From: Corynebacterium glutamicum ATCC 13032
GTDB taxonomy: Bacteria > Actinomycetota > Actinomycetes > Mycobacteriales > Mycobacteriaceae
Assembly: GCF_000011325.1 (NCBI RefSeq)
Contig: NC_003450.3
Location: 1,200,001-1,232,000 of the forward strand
Reading direction: 5' to 3'
Length of the DNA: 32,000 nucleotides
The first letter of the stretch is position 1, and every line of letters begins with the position of its first letter. The notes under the pieces were generated by a model. It saw only the letters and a program-made list of their open reading frames with translations. It had not been told where the DNA came from and made no database searches. Of this stretch, positions 25,066-32,000 are shown piece after piece. Both the position numbers and the translations under genes were made by a program.

Positions 25066-27696
25066 ATGCGTATTCATGAAATCATCATTGACAATTTCCG
25101 AGCCATCGAACATCTAGAACTTCGTGACATTCCTGACCAGGGCGTTATCGTGATCCACGGTGACAATGAGCAAGGCAAATCTTCAATCCTTGAAGCCATA
25201 AAAACAGTTCTGAATAGTAAACACAGAACCACCAGCAAGACGATCAAGGCCATTCAGCCTGTTGACCGTGATGTTCCCATCAGCATCACCCTCGAGGCAA
25301 CCGTAGGCACGGTTCGATTCCGCATACACAAACGCTTCCTAAAATCCACAGCCGCAGAACTGCAAGTCATCGAGCCACGTCCATCCAACCACCGTGGACT
25401 AGAAGCCGAAGCTGCACTGGCAGAAATACTGGAAAGCCATTTGGACACCTCTTTGCTTGACGCATTGTTTATGAAACAGGGTGAAGTAGAAGCAGGTATC
25501 AGCGCTGTAGGAATTCCTACCCTGACCAGCGCTTTGAACGCTCAAAATGGCAATACCGAAGATGCCACCGAAGACACCGCACTCATGGAGGCTGTAGAAA
25601 AGGAATACCTAAAGTTCTACACCAACTCCGGAAAGGCGAATACGAGGTTCCTACAGTTTTCCAAACAGGTGGAAACCCTTCGTACTGATTTGGATGAGGC
25701 TAACGCTGAAGTAGCAAAGCTCTCCTCCCATGTTGACCGAGTTAAACGATTGGAAATTGATCGGGATCAGGCCACAGCACAGTTACCCAAGGCAGAGGAA
25801 GAACTCGCAGGGAGGAAAGCAGAACTGGAGGAAGCCCAAAAGGTTAAGGCTCAAGCCACGGAAATCCTTGCGCAGTTTTCCCGGGCGGAAGAACAGTTAG
25901 AGCAGGCAACAGGAGCTCAGAAACGACGTAAAGAACTCCGCAATAAGCTGGAATTAGCACAGACAGAAGTCGAAAAGGCTGAAGCAGGGCAAGAGAACCT
26001 GGCGCAAGAAGCTTCCCGTGAAGCAGAAGAATTCCTAGCCTTAAGTGAAAAGTTCGAGGCAGCGCGCGCAGCTGAAACTCTGGCCGTTGAAAAGGTGAAA
26101 GCAGCACGTCAATCGGTTGCTGGAATCAAAAACCGTGACCGTAAAGAACACCTCACGGTTATGCTTGGTGAACTTGATCGAATTGGGCAGCGCCTCTACG
26201 AATTGCGCAGCGTCCAGCACTCATCGGTGCGTGTGAGCCAGCGTGATATTGATGCTCTGCAAAAGGCGATCACCGAGGTCGATATCCAAAGGACGCTCGT
26301 TGAAGCGCAGCAGGGAAGTATTACCCTCAGTGCTTCCACACCCACCGACATTCAACTAGGTGATGACACCGTTTCAGCTACCGACGCTGGAACCACAGTT
26401 GCCCTCGACCGAGAACTCACCGTCGTGGTCGGCGATGTCACCTTGGTGATTAACCCAGGAAAAACAGCAGCGGAAAGTCGCACCGATTTTGAATCCGCCG
26501 AGGCAGCATTGGCGGAGCTGCTTGATCAACTCGACGTCTCAGACTTGGACCAGCTCAGGGAACGTTTCACTGCCCAAGAGCAACGAGACGCGGATATTGC
26601 AGAACTGGTTCGCGAACAACAGCGCATGAGCGGTGGGACAGAAACAACAGTTTTACGTGCCGAGCTAGAAGGCCTGCACGTCCCAGAGGATCTAGACCCA
26701 TCAATTTCTGTGGATGATGCGCAAACTCAGTTGAATGAGGCAGAAGAGTCCAGAGAGCTCGCTGCGGAGGCGCATAAACACGCAAATGCAGCACTTGATG
26801 GATTGCGTTCGCGTCCCGTAGATAAAGCTCTGACAGTTTTCAACGCTCAGCTCGCAGCACTGCAGAGAAACCTCTCTTCCGCACAAGTTGAATTAGACCG
26901 TGCAGTGGCAGAAACCTCGGATGACGAAGTTGATGCTGCTGTACAGCGGTGCGCTGAAGCTCTAGCTGGGGTGCGGGTACAGAAGCAGGAGATTGAACAG
27001 GTCTTGGCAAAAACCAACCCAGACATGGCTCAACGCTTATGTGATGCTGCTGAAGCAAATGTGCGATCGTATAAAACGGCAGTGTCTGATGCCACCACAG
27101 AGTTGGTGCGCCTGGAAGGCCTCATCGGTGTAGCTGCAGGTGCGAAAGAACGACTAGATAAAGTTAAGTCTGCGCTGACAGCAGCTGAAAACCGGTTTGA
27201 ATCAGAACAACGTCGCGCCCACGCTGCACGTCGCCTCTATGCCCTCATGGTGTTCTACCGTGATGAATCCCGAAAGCGCTACGCAGCACCCTTCGCGGAC
27301 AAACTATCCAGGCTGGCAGCATCCGTATTTGGAGAATCAGCAGACTTTGATCTTGATGATGAGCTGAAGATCTCCAGTCGTTCCATAGGACCACGAACAG
27401 TGGACCTTGCCAATCTTTCTGGCGGCGCAAAGGAACAGCTGGCAATCCTCACCCGCTTTGCTATCGCAGAATTGGTAGCAGAATCCTCCGCGCAAGGTGC
27501 TGTGCCTGTGTTTATTGATGATGCATTGGGGAGCACAGACCCAGAGCGACTGACCCGCATATCTACTCTGTTTAGTGATGCAGGCAAGGACTCTCAGGTG
27601 TTTGTTCTCACCTGTGTTCCAGACCGGTACAACTATGTAGAGGTCACCCAAAAGCACAGCATCGAGTCATTGAAAACTGCCAACGCTCTGCTGTAG
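25066..27696 (+). CDS. SbcC/Rad50-like SMC-family ATPase without a zinc hook
   Basis: Walker A HGDNEQGKSS, long heptad-rich Glu/Ala/Lys/Arg arms, signature LSGGAKEQLAI, and Walker B VPVFIDDALG. There is no CxxC anywhere in the 876 aa. The start lies 3 nt after the sbcD-like stop, with RBS GGGAGG. Confidence 0.88.
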   Translation: MRIHEIIIDNFRAIEHLELRDIPDQGVIVIHGDNEQGKSSILEAIKTVLNSKHRTTSKTIKAIQPVDRDVPISITLEATVGTVRFRIHKRFLKSTAAELQVIEPRPSNHRGLEAEAALAEILESHLDTSLLDALFMKQGEVEAGISAVGIPTLTSALNAQNGNTEDATEDTALMEAVEKEYLKFYTNSGKANTRFLQFSKQVETLRTDLDEANAEVAKLSSHVDRVKRLEIDRDQATAQLPKAEEELAGRKAELEEAQKVKAQATEILAQFSRAEEQLEQATGAQKRRKELRNKLELAQTEVEKAEAGQENLAQEASREAEEFLALSEKFEAARAAETLAVEKVKAARQSVAGIKNRDRKEHLTVMLGELDRIGQRLYELRSVQHSSVRVSQRDIDALQKAITEVDIQRTLVEAQQGSITLSASTPTDIQLGDDTVSATDAGTTVALDRELTVVVGDVTLVINPGKTAAESRTDFESAEAALAELLDQLDVSDLDQLRERFTAQEQRDADIAELVREQQRMSGGTETTVLRAELEGLHVPEDLDPSISVDDAQTQLNEAEESRELAAEAHKHANAALDGLRSRPVDKALTVFNAQLAALQRNLSSAQVELDRAVAETSDDEVDAAVQRCAEALAGVRVQKQEIEQVLAKTNPDMAQRLCDAAEANVRSYKTAVSDATTELVRLEGLIGVAAGAKERLDKVKSALTAAENRFESEQRRAHAARRLYALMVFYRDESRKRYAAPFADKLSRLAASVFGESADFDLDDELKISSRSIGPRTVDLANLSGGAKEQLAILTRFAIAELVAESSAQGAVPVFIDDALGSTDPERLTRISTLFSDAGKDSQVFVLTCVPDRYNYVEVTQKHSIESLKTANALL

Positions 27697-27775
27697 CTGA
27701 GCAAAAAGCCAAGCAAGTAGCTGATCAAGTAACCAACCCCTGCAGCCACTCATGCAGCGAAACGGAGCATTTCCC

Positions 27776-28312
27776 ATGAGTCTTCATCCAGAAGCCCAGC
27801 ATTTTGTTTAGCTCACCTCTAAAGCTCCTGATCTGGATACGAGGACTCCTGCGGAAAACCGTGTGGCTAGTGAAGCTACCCGGCATCTCATGGGGGAGAA
27901 GACTTCTGTCGCGTATGTTCACGATGTTCTGATCAAGGGCGTGCCAGTGCGGATATACAATCCGCACCCCAACGACGGGCCGCTTCCTGTCTTTATCTAC
28001 TTCCATGGTGGCGGATGGGTTTTGGGGGACCTTGAATCAGTGGATTCCACCGTGCGCGATATTGCCGTTGCTTCAGGCGCCCTGTGTATCAGTGTGGATT
28101 ATCGCCGTGCACCGGAACATCCTTTTCTCGCTGCATTGGATGATTGCCAAGTGGTCACGGAAGCTGTCCTCAATGGTGAACTCGCCAGTGCTAACCAGCA
28201 TCTAGTGGCAGTCGGCGGGGACAGCGCCGGTGGCAATATTGCGGCGGTCATCGCTCAACAGCTGCGCGATCAGATCACCCACCAAGTTCTTGTGTATCCG
28301 GTGATGGACGTA
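27776..28312 (+). pseudogene. 5' fragment of an HSL-family alpha/beta-hydrolase (esterase/lipase) gene, with an in-frame TAG at 27809-27811 and no 3' half
   Basis: MSLHPEAQHFV*LTSKAPDLDTRTPAENRV... continues in frame into the ORF at 27863. The oxyanion HGGG (28004-28015) and nucleophile GDSAG (28217-28231) are present. The Asp/His part of the catalytic triad is absent: the sequence after YPVMDV switches to a different protein family. Confidence 0.75.
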
Positions 28313-29098
28313 ATCTTGCTGGTGATTTGTTCTATCATTACCACTGGTTTTGCGCTGCTCATGCATCCAAAGAGCAAGGACAAGACGGAGACGATTTCTG
28401 ATGAATTCCTCGCAGAGATCCAAGCGGGAAGTGAAAAGATCTCCATTCTGCGTTCGACCCCTGCTGAAAAAGCCAATGCGAGCCGCTGGATCATGTACTT
28501 CGTTGGCGGAATTGGCCTGCTCTACAGCGTGTTCAGCCTGTGGACAGGTGGCGTAACCGGACTGACGTTGAACTCCTTCAACTTCCTGTTCCTGTCACTC
28601 GGCATGGTGCTCACCGCTAATTACGGGCCAGAGTATTAAGCAAAGCTTATTCGCGAAGGCATCCAAGGAACGTGGGGATTCATTCTTCAATTCCCGTTCT
28701 ACGCAGGCATTTTCGGGTTGATTTCCTTCACCGGTCTGGGTGTTGTGATCTCCGGATTTTTCACCTCGATTTCCACGGCAACCACGTGGCCTGTCATCGC
28801 GTTCCTCTACTCTGGACTGCTCAACATCGCGGTGCCTTCAGGTGGCTCGAAATTCATCATCGAAGCCCCGTACATCATCCCAACCCCAGTGGATCTTGGC
28901 GCTGACATGGGCCTTGTCCTGCAGGCTTATCAAATGAGTGATGGCGCGACCAACCTGCTCATTCCGTTCTTCGCGCTGCCATATTTGGCCAATTTCAAGA
29001 TCAAATTCAGCCAAGTGGTGGGCTATACAGTTCCGCCTGTCCTCGTTGTTATCGCCGTGATCTGCATTTACCTGTTCCTGCGAGCATCAATCATTTAA
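28313..29098 (+). pseudogene. 3' portion (roughly the last 55 percent) of an AtoE-like short-chain fatty acid transporter gene, fused in frame to the esterase fragment and interrupted by an in-frame TAA at 28637-28639
   Basis: ...LNSFNFLFLSLGMVLTANYGPEY*AKLIREGIQGTWGFILQFPFYAGIFGLI...NIAVPSGGSKFIIEAPYIIP...GADMG aligns, from memory, with E. coli AtoE residues about 195-440 (VNLMFMIAGLLLHKTPMAYMRAI...GILVQFPFYAGI...NFAVPSGGGHWVIQGPFVIP). The N-terminal ~195 aa are missing. Confidence 0.75.
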
Positions 29099-29117
29099 AA
29101 AGATGCTTCTCGACGCC

Positions 29118-29164
29118 AAAAGCCGCGGCACCTTCAGCAATTACTGAAGGTGCCGCGGCTTTTT
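29118..29164. terminator. Bidirectional rho-independent terminator
   Basis: 20-bp perfect stem AAAAGCCGCGGCACCTTCAG / CTGAAGGTGCCGCGGCTTTT with loop CAATTAC. Confidence 0.9.
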
Positions 29165-29176
29165 GTTTGTGGGCGC

Positions 29177-29716
29177 TTAAGCAGCCTTGATTGCGGAGCC
29201 GTCGATCTCGATCTTGATCTTCTCAGAAACCAGAACGCCACCGGTGGAGAGTGGAGCCTGGAAATCTACGCCGAAGTCCTTGCGGTTGATTTCGGTGGAG
29301 GCTTCGAAGCCAAGGCGGGTGTTGCCGAATGGATCCTCAGCAACGCCACCAACCTCAACGTCCAGGGTGACGGACTTGGTGGTGTCACGAATTGTGAGGT
29401 CGCCGGTAACGGTGCCTTCGTTTTCGTTCTTGATAACAAAGGAAGTAGCTTCGAAAGTCATTTCAGGGAACTTGTCTACTGCGAAGAAGTCGTCGCCCTT
29501 AACGTGTGCATCGCGGTCTGCGTTGCCGGTGGTAACGGAAGCGGTCTTGATAACAACCTTTGCAGAGGAGTTCTCTGGGTTTTCAGCATCTACGACAATG
29601 GAGTCGGTGTACTCGGTGAATTCACCGCGAACCTTGGTAACCATTGCGTGGCGAGCCACGAACTTGATTTCGGTGTGTGCAGGGTCGAGGGTCCAGGTGC
29701 CAGTCAACTTGCTCAT
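29177..29716 (-). CDS. YceI-family (polyisoprenoid-binding) protein
   Basis: 179 aa. GTWTLDPAHTEIKFVARHAMVTKVRGEF...GDLTIRDTTKSVTLDVE is the YceI lipocalin-like signature. Confidence 0.9.
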   Translation of the reverse strand: MSKLTGTWTLDPAHTEIKFVARHAMVTKVRGEFTEYTDSIVVDAENPENSSAKVVIKTASVTTGNADRDAHVKGDDFFAVDKFPEMTFEATSFVIKNENEGTVTGDLTIRDTTKSVTLDVEVGGVAEDPFGNTRLGFEASTEINRKDFGVDFQAPLSTGGVLVSEKIKIEIDGSAIKAA

Positions 29717-29812
29717 TGTGAAGTCCTTTTCGGTGAAAGTGTGTTTCGTTTTTTAACGGTACCGACACTCTTGCATCTGTGCAGTTTGTGTCGCTGCCGT
29801 TGTTCGTGTTCT

Positions 29813-29840
29813 ATACTAGCCAAGATTGATGATGTGTCAA
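29813..29840 (-). promoter_or_regulatory. Candidate sigma-A promoter for the yceI-family gene (TTGACA-N16-TAGTAT)
   Basis: On the minus strand, -35 TTGACA (29840-29835), a 16-nt spacer, then -10 TAGTAT (29818-29813). The -35 lies inside the RosR-type operator. Confidence 0.45.
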
Positions 29841-29843
29841 CAA
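29826..29843. promoter_or_regulatory. RosR (MarR-type) operator
   Basis: TTGATGATGTGTCAACAA matches 17 of 18 positions of the RosR consensus as I remember it (TTGTTGAYRYRTCAACWA). It sits in the yceI-rosR divergent intergenic region. Confidence 0.6.
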
Positions 29844-29994
29844 TATTTCTAAAAAACTTGATGTGGAAACTAAAACCCGCAGGTGGAGGCGTGAATAAAA
29901 TTGTTTGTTGGGCCGGAGAGTGGGCTGCTGTGTATTGAGCTTGTAACAGGGGGTTCTTTGAATAAATCTTCAGGAGCAGGCTAGGGTAGGTGAT

Positions 29995-30483
29995 ATGACA
30001 ACACCACGATGGCTCTCCACTGAAGAGCAACAACTCTGGCGCATGATCTTGTCTGCAACCCGCAAAATGGAACGCACACTAGATGAGACCCTCGTGGAAA
30101 ACCACAACCTGACCACTTCAGAATTTGCAGTACTAGTTACTCTTTCTGAGGCAACGGGTCAGCAAATGCGCCTGCGAGACATGTGCCAAGAACTAGATTG
30201 GGACCGCAGTAGAACCTCTCACCAAGTCACCCGCATGGACAAAAAGGGCTTAGTGGCCAAGGTTAAATGCGCAGGTGACGCACGAGGTGTGAACGTAGAA
30301 ATCACCCCGGAAGGTGAACGACGCCTCAAGGATGCCGTACCTGCTCATGTAGAAACAGTCCGCCAACTAGTTTTCGACCCCATGGAAGAACGCCACATGG
30401 AAGGACTTCGTTCCTACCTCACCGCAGTGTTGAACTCCAACACCTGCATTGAGATCAACAACCAACGCGCGGCAGAGCTGTAA
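29995..30483 (+). CDS. rosR: MarR-family redox-responsive transcriptional regulator
   Basis: 162 aa. Winged-HTH LTTSEFAVLVTLSEATGQQMRLRDMCQELDWDRSRTSHQVTRMDKKGLVAK. It is divergent from the yceI-family gene, the arrangement I recall for C. glutamicum RosR (cg1324). Confidence 0.8.
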   Translation: MTTPRWLSTEEQQLWRMILSATRKMERTLDETLVENHNLTTSEFAVLVTLSEATGQQMRLRDMCQELDWDRSRTSHQVTRMDKKGLVAKVKCAGDARGVNVEITPEGERRLKDAVPAHVETVRQLVFDPMEERHMEGLRSYLTAVLNSNTCIEINNQRAAEL

Positions 30484-30618
30484 GGGTTTACTTGGAGCGT
30501 TTTCTCAGGGGTTTTTAGGGGTTAGGAGAGGGGAAATCCCCGATGTGCTCTAGGTTCTTATTGGCGATGATTGAAGAAGAAAGAAAAACTCAATCAGCCA
30601 TAAAGGAGCTTGATCCCG

Positions 30619-30834
30619 ATGACTTTCCCAGCACAATCTCGACGACTCGCCCGAAGCACCACCGACAAATGGATCGGCGGCGTCGCTGGTGGCCTCGCAG
30701 AGACCTACGGTTGGAATCCGGCCTATGTGCGTCTCGCGTTCGTGGCGTCGGTTCTGTTTCCACTGCCAGGTTCACAGATCCTGTTCTACGCCCTAGCGTG
30801 GCTGATCATCCCATCCCGAGAAAATCGCTTCTAA
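30619..30834 (+). CDS. PspC-domain membrane protein
   Basis: RRLARSTTDKWIGGVAGGLAETYGWNPAYVRLAFV...FYALAWLIIP is the PspC domain pattern. ATG 30619 lies 10 nt after AAGGAG. The ORF track starts at TTG 30610. Confidence 0.8.
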   Translation: MTFPAQSRRLARSTTDKWIGGVAGGLAETYGWNPAYVRLAFVASVLFPLPGSQILFYALAWLIIPSRENRF

Positions 30835-30852
30835 CGTGCGTTGCATAACGCA

Positions 30853-30887
30853 GAAGGCCTGCACCAGAAGTTGGGGCAGGCTTTTTT
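30853..30887 (+). terminator. Candidate rho-independent terminator after the pspC-domain gene
   Basis: Stem GAAGGCCTGC / GCAGGCTT (one bulge) followed by TTTTTT. Confidence 0.55.
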
Positions 30888-30910
30888 AATATGCAATTGG
30901 TGGGGTGGGA

Positions 30911-31339
30911 CTAGCCAACAAGGCGGGCGAAGCAGCGCGACACCTGAGCCAAACCCTCATTGTCATCAATATAAAGCTCGGAAAGAGGCCAGCTGCGCTT
31001 CGGGGTATGAATTTCCAGAAGGGAGTGAACTGCTTGTCCTTCGGAATGGCCCAGTGCGTCAACCTCTTCATTGCCCAGGGCAACTACTGACAAGGTCAGG
31101 TTGGAAGGTGAAATGACGGGGATCATCACCTGGGTTGCACCATTGTCGAGGTGCTCGCGGGCGTCAGCATAAAGCTCGGCAACTGAGGTGCCCGTGGTGA
31201 TGGGAACGACTGGAGTTAGTGGGTCGATCATCTGCATGACGTTGTGGACTTCATTGAGTGCTTTGAAGTACACGGTGGCTGTCAGGAGTCGAAGCTCGGT
31301 GGTCTGCTTGGCGGAAGCCGGGTGCGTCTTCATGTTCAT
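30911..31339 (-). CDS. Hypothetical cytoplasmic protein
   Basis: The ORF track extends to 31432. I prefer ATG 31339 (MNMKTHPASAK), preceded by GAGAAAG. No motif recognised; codon usage looks native. Confidence 0.5.
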   Translation of the reverse strand: MNMKTHPASAKQTTELRLLTATVYFKALNEVHNVMQMIDPLTPVVPITTGTSVAELYADAREHLDNGATQVMIPVISPSNLTLSVVALGNEEVDALGHSEGQAVHSLLEIHTPKRSWPLSELYIDDNEGLAQVSRCFARLVG

Positions 31340-31729
31340 CTTTCTCAACAATCTATAAATATTCGCAACAACTAGGGGCAGTCGGTGGGAACTTACGCAA
31401 AGTACTTTCAAGCGGTACCGACTCGAATCCAATTCTTAAATCTTGCTTAAGGGAATTGTAATCTAACTCTTATTATTTGGCGTCGCTGTCCAAAAGCTTA
31501 GAAAAAGATGTTTTCATTAGTTTAGATTCTCTATCAGTTTAGAATAGCCTGTCACAAGCGCTGAACCAATTAAGCGGACAGCGTGTTGGCTTTCTCAATT
31601 AAATACACGTAGAAGTACCGATGTGATTGAATTCGCTAATCTTTAAGTGACCAAATTCGCCCCCATACAGGGTTTCGTTGAAACTGAAGTTTATGGGGCA
31701 AATGAAAATATCCTGGGTAGCATGGGCTT

Positions 31730-32000
31730 ATGAGCACTGATAGCCAAAACCCTGTAAGAAAATCCTGCGCACAGCCACATTCTTGTTCCCAAGAGGTGCG
31801 ATTGAAAGCGATGTCCAGGTCACCGCTTACTAAAGGTCTAAATCAACTTGAACACCTCGAGTTAGATAAGTCACTAACTGCGTGGTCGTGGGCAGAAGAT
31901 GATCCTTTGTACCTCGCAGGTGAGAACTTAAACGGCAGTTACCTCATTGTCGCAGGACGAGTGCGGGTCTCTCGCGACACCATCGACGGGAAAGAACTCA
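31730..32000 (+). CDS. Crp/Fnr-family transcriptional regulator, N-terminal cNMP-binding-like part (3' end outside the window)
   Basis: My translation from ATG 31730 is open to the window edge: MSTDSQNPVRKSCAQPHSCSQEV...DPLYLAGENLNGSYLIVAGRVRVSRDTIDGKEL. This is the typical beta-roll effector-domain pattern. It is not in the ORF track because it is truncated. Confidence 0.65.
   Translation, partial: MSTDSQNPVRKSCAQPHSCSQEVRLKAMSRSPLTKGLNQLEHLELDKSLTAWSWAEDDPLYLAGENLNGSYLIVAGRVRVSRDTIDGKEL

Noticed and set aside
3913-27696. Reading the window as a DISARM-like system, because an SNF2 helicase and a PLD-domain protein both occur in it. Also reading the SbcC-like ATPase as part of Wadjet or Lamassu.
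   Set aside because: The two genes are 13 kb apart, on opposite strands, and separated by housekeeping and catabolic genes. No DrmA/DrmB (DUF1998), methylase, JetABCD-type or LmuA/C-type partners are visible.
27809-28639. Reading the in-frame TAG (27809) and TAA (28637) as programmed read-through or recoding sites.
   Set aside because: Neither is a TGA with a downstream SECIS-like hairpin. The same locus also shows a domain-breaking fusion that removes catalytic residues and about 195 aa of the transporter. Simple gene decay is the more economical explanation.
30529-30541. Palindrome GGGGAAATCCCC downstream of rosR, as a possible terminator or operator.
   Set aside because: It is a 5-bp stem with a 2-nt loop and no U-tract, and it is not repeated elsewhere in the window. 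It is too weak to call.
30543-30848. 101-aa ORF overlapping the PspC-domain gene in another frame.
   Set aside because: It is an Arg/Ser/Pro-rich translation with no motif. The alternative frame gives a textbook PspC domain with an RBS.
1-32000. Scan for tRNA/rRNA genes, IS elements, integrases, and phage or plasmid genes.
   Set aside because: By eye, I recognised no cloverleaf-compatible segments, transposase- or integrase-like ORFs, or long terminal inverted repeats. This is a visual scan only, so small elements could have been missed.

Overview
This 32 kb window reads as an actinobacterial chromosome. By synteny and protein sequence it looks like Corynebacterium glutamicum; that identification is from memory and was not searched.

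Gene order, left to right:
- cydD (partial), cydB and cydA on the minus strand.
- A lower-GC block: a PLD-nuclease/SF2-helicase/DUF3427-like giant protein, translationally coupled to an upstream Nudix hydrolase, plus a divergent membrane-anchored hypothetical protein.
- The aromatic amino-acid permease pheP.
- A DEAD-box RNA helicase with RGG/RD-rich tails.
- A TetR regulator divergent from a three-gene hydroxylase / maleylacetate reductase / hydroxyquinol 1,2-dioxygenase (resorcinol-type) cluster.
- A small membrane protein, a secreted DUF1524/HNH-like protein and putP, all on the minus strand.
- A tight four-gene plus-strand operon: SNF2 helicase, SWIM zinc-finger protein, SbcD-like phosphoesterase and a hook-less SbcC-like ATPase.
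- A decayed locus where the 5' half of an esterase is fused in frame to the 3' half of an atoE-like transporter, with two in-frame stops.
- yceI divergent from the MarR regulator rosR, with a recognisable RosR operator between them.
- A PspC-domain protein, a hypothetical protein, and the 5' end of a Crp/Fnr-family regulator.

I saw no rRNA, tRNA, CRISPR array, IS element or integrase.

The best candidates for an undescribed system are:
1. The Nudix + PLD-helicase-DUF3427 pair, in a compositionally atypical island.
2. The SNF2-SWIM-SbcD-like-SbcC-like operon, whose ATPase has no zinc hook.

All functional calls come from motif reading by eye. No database search was possible.
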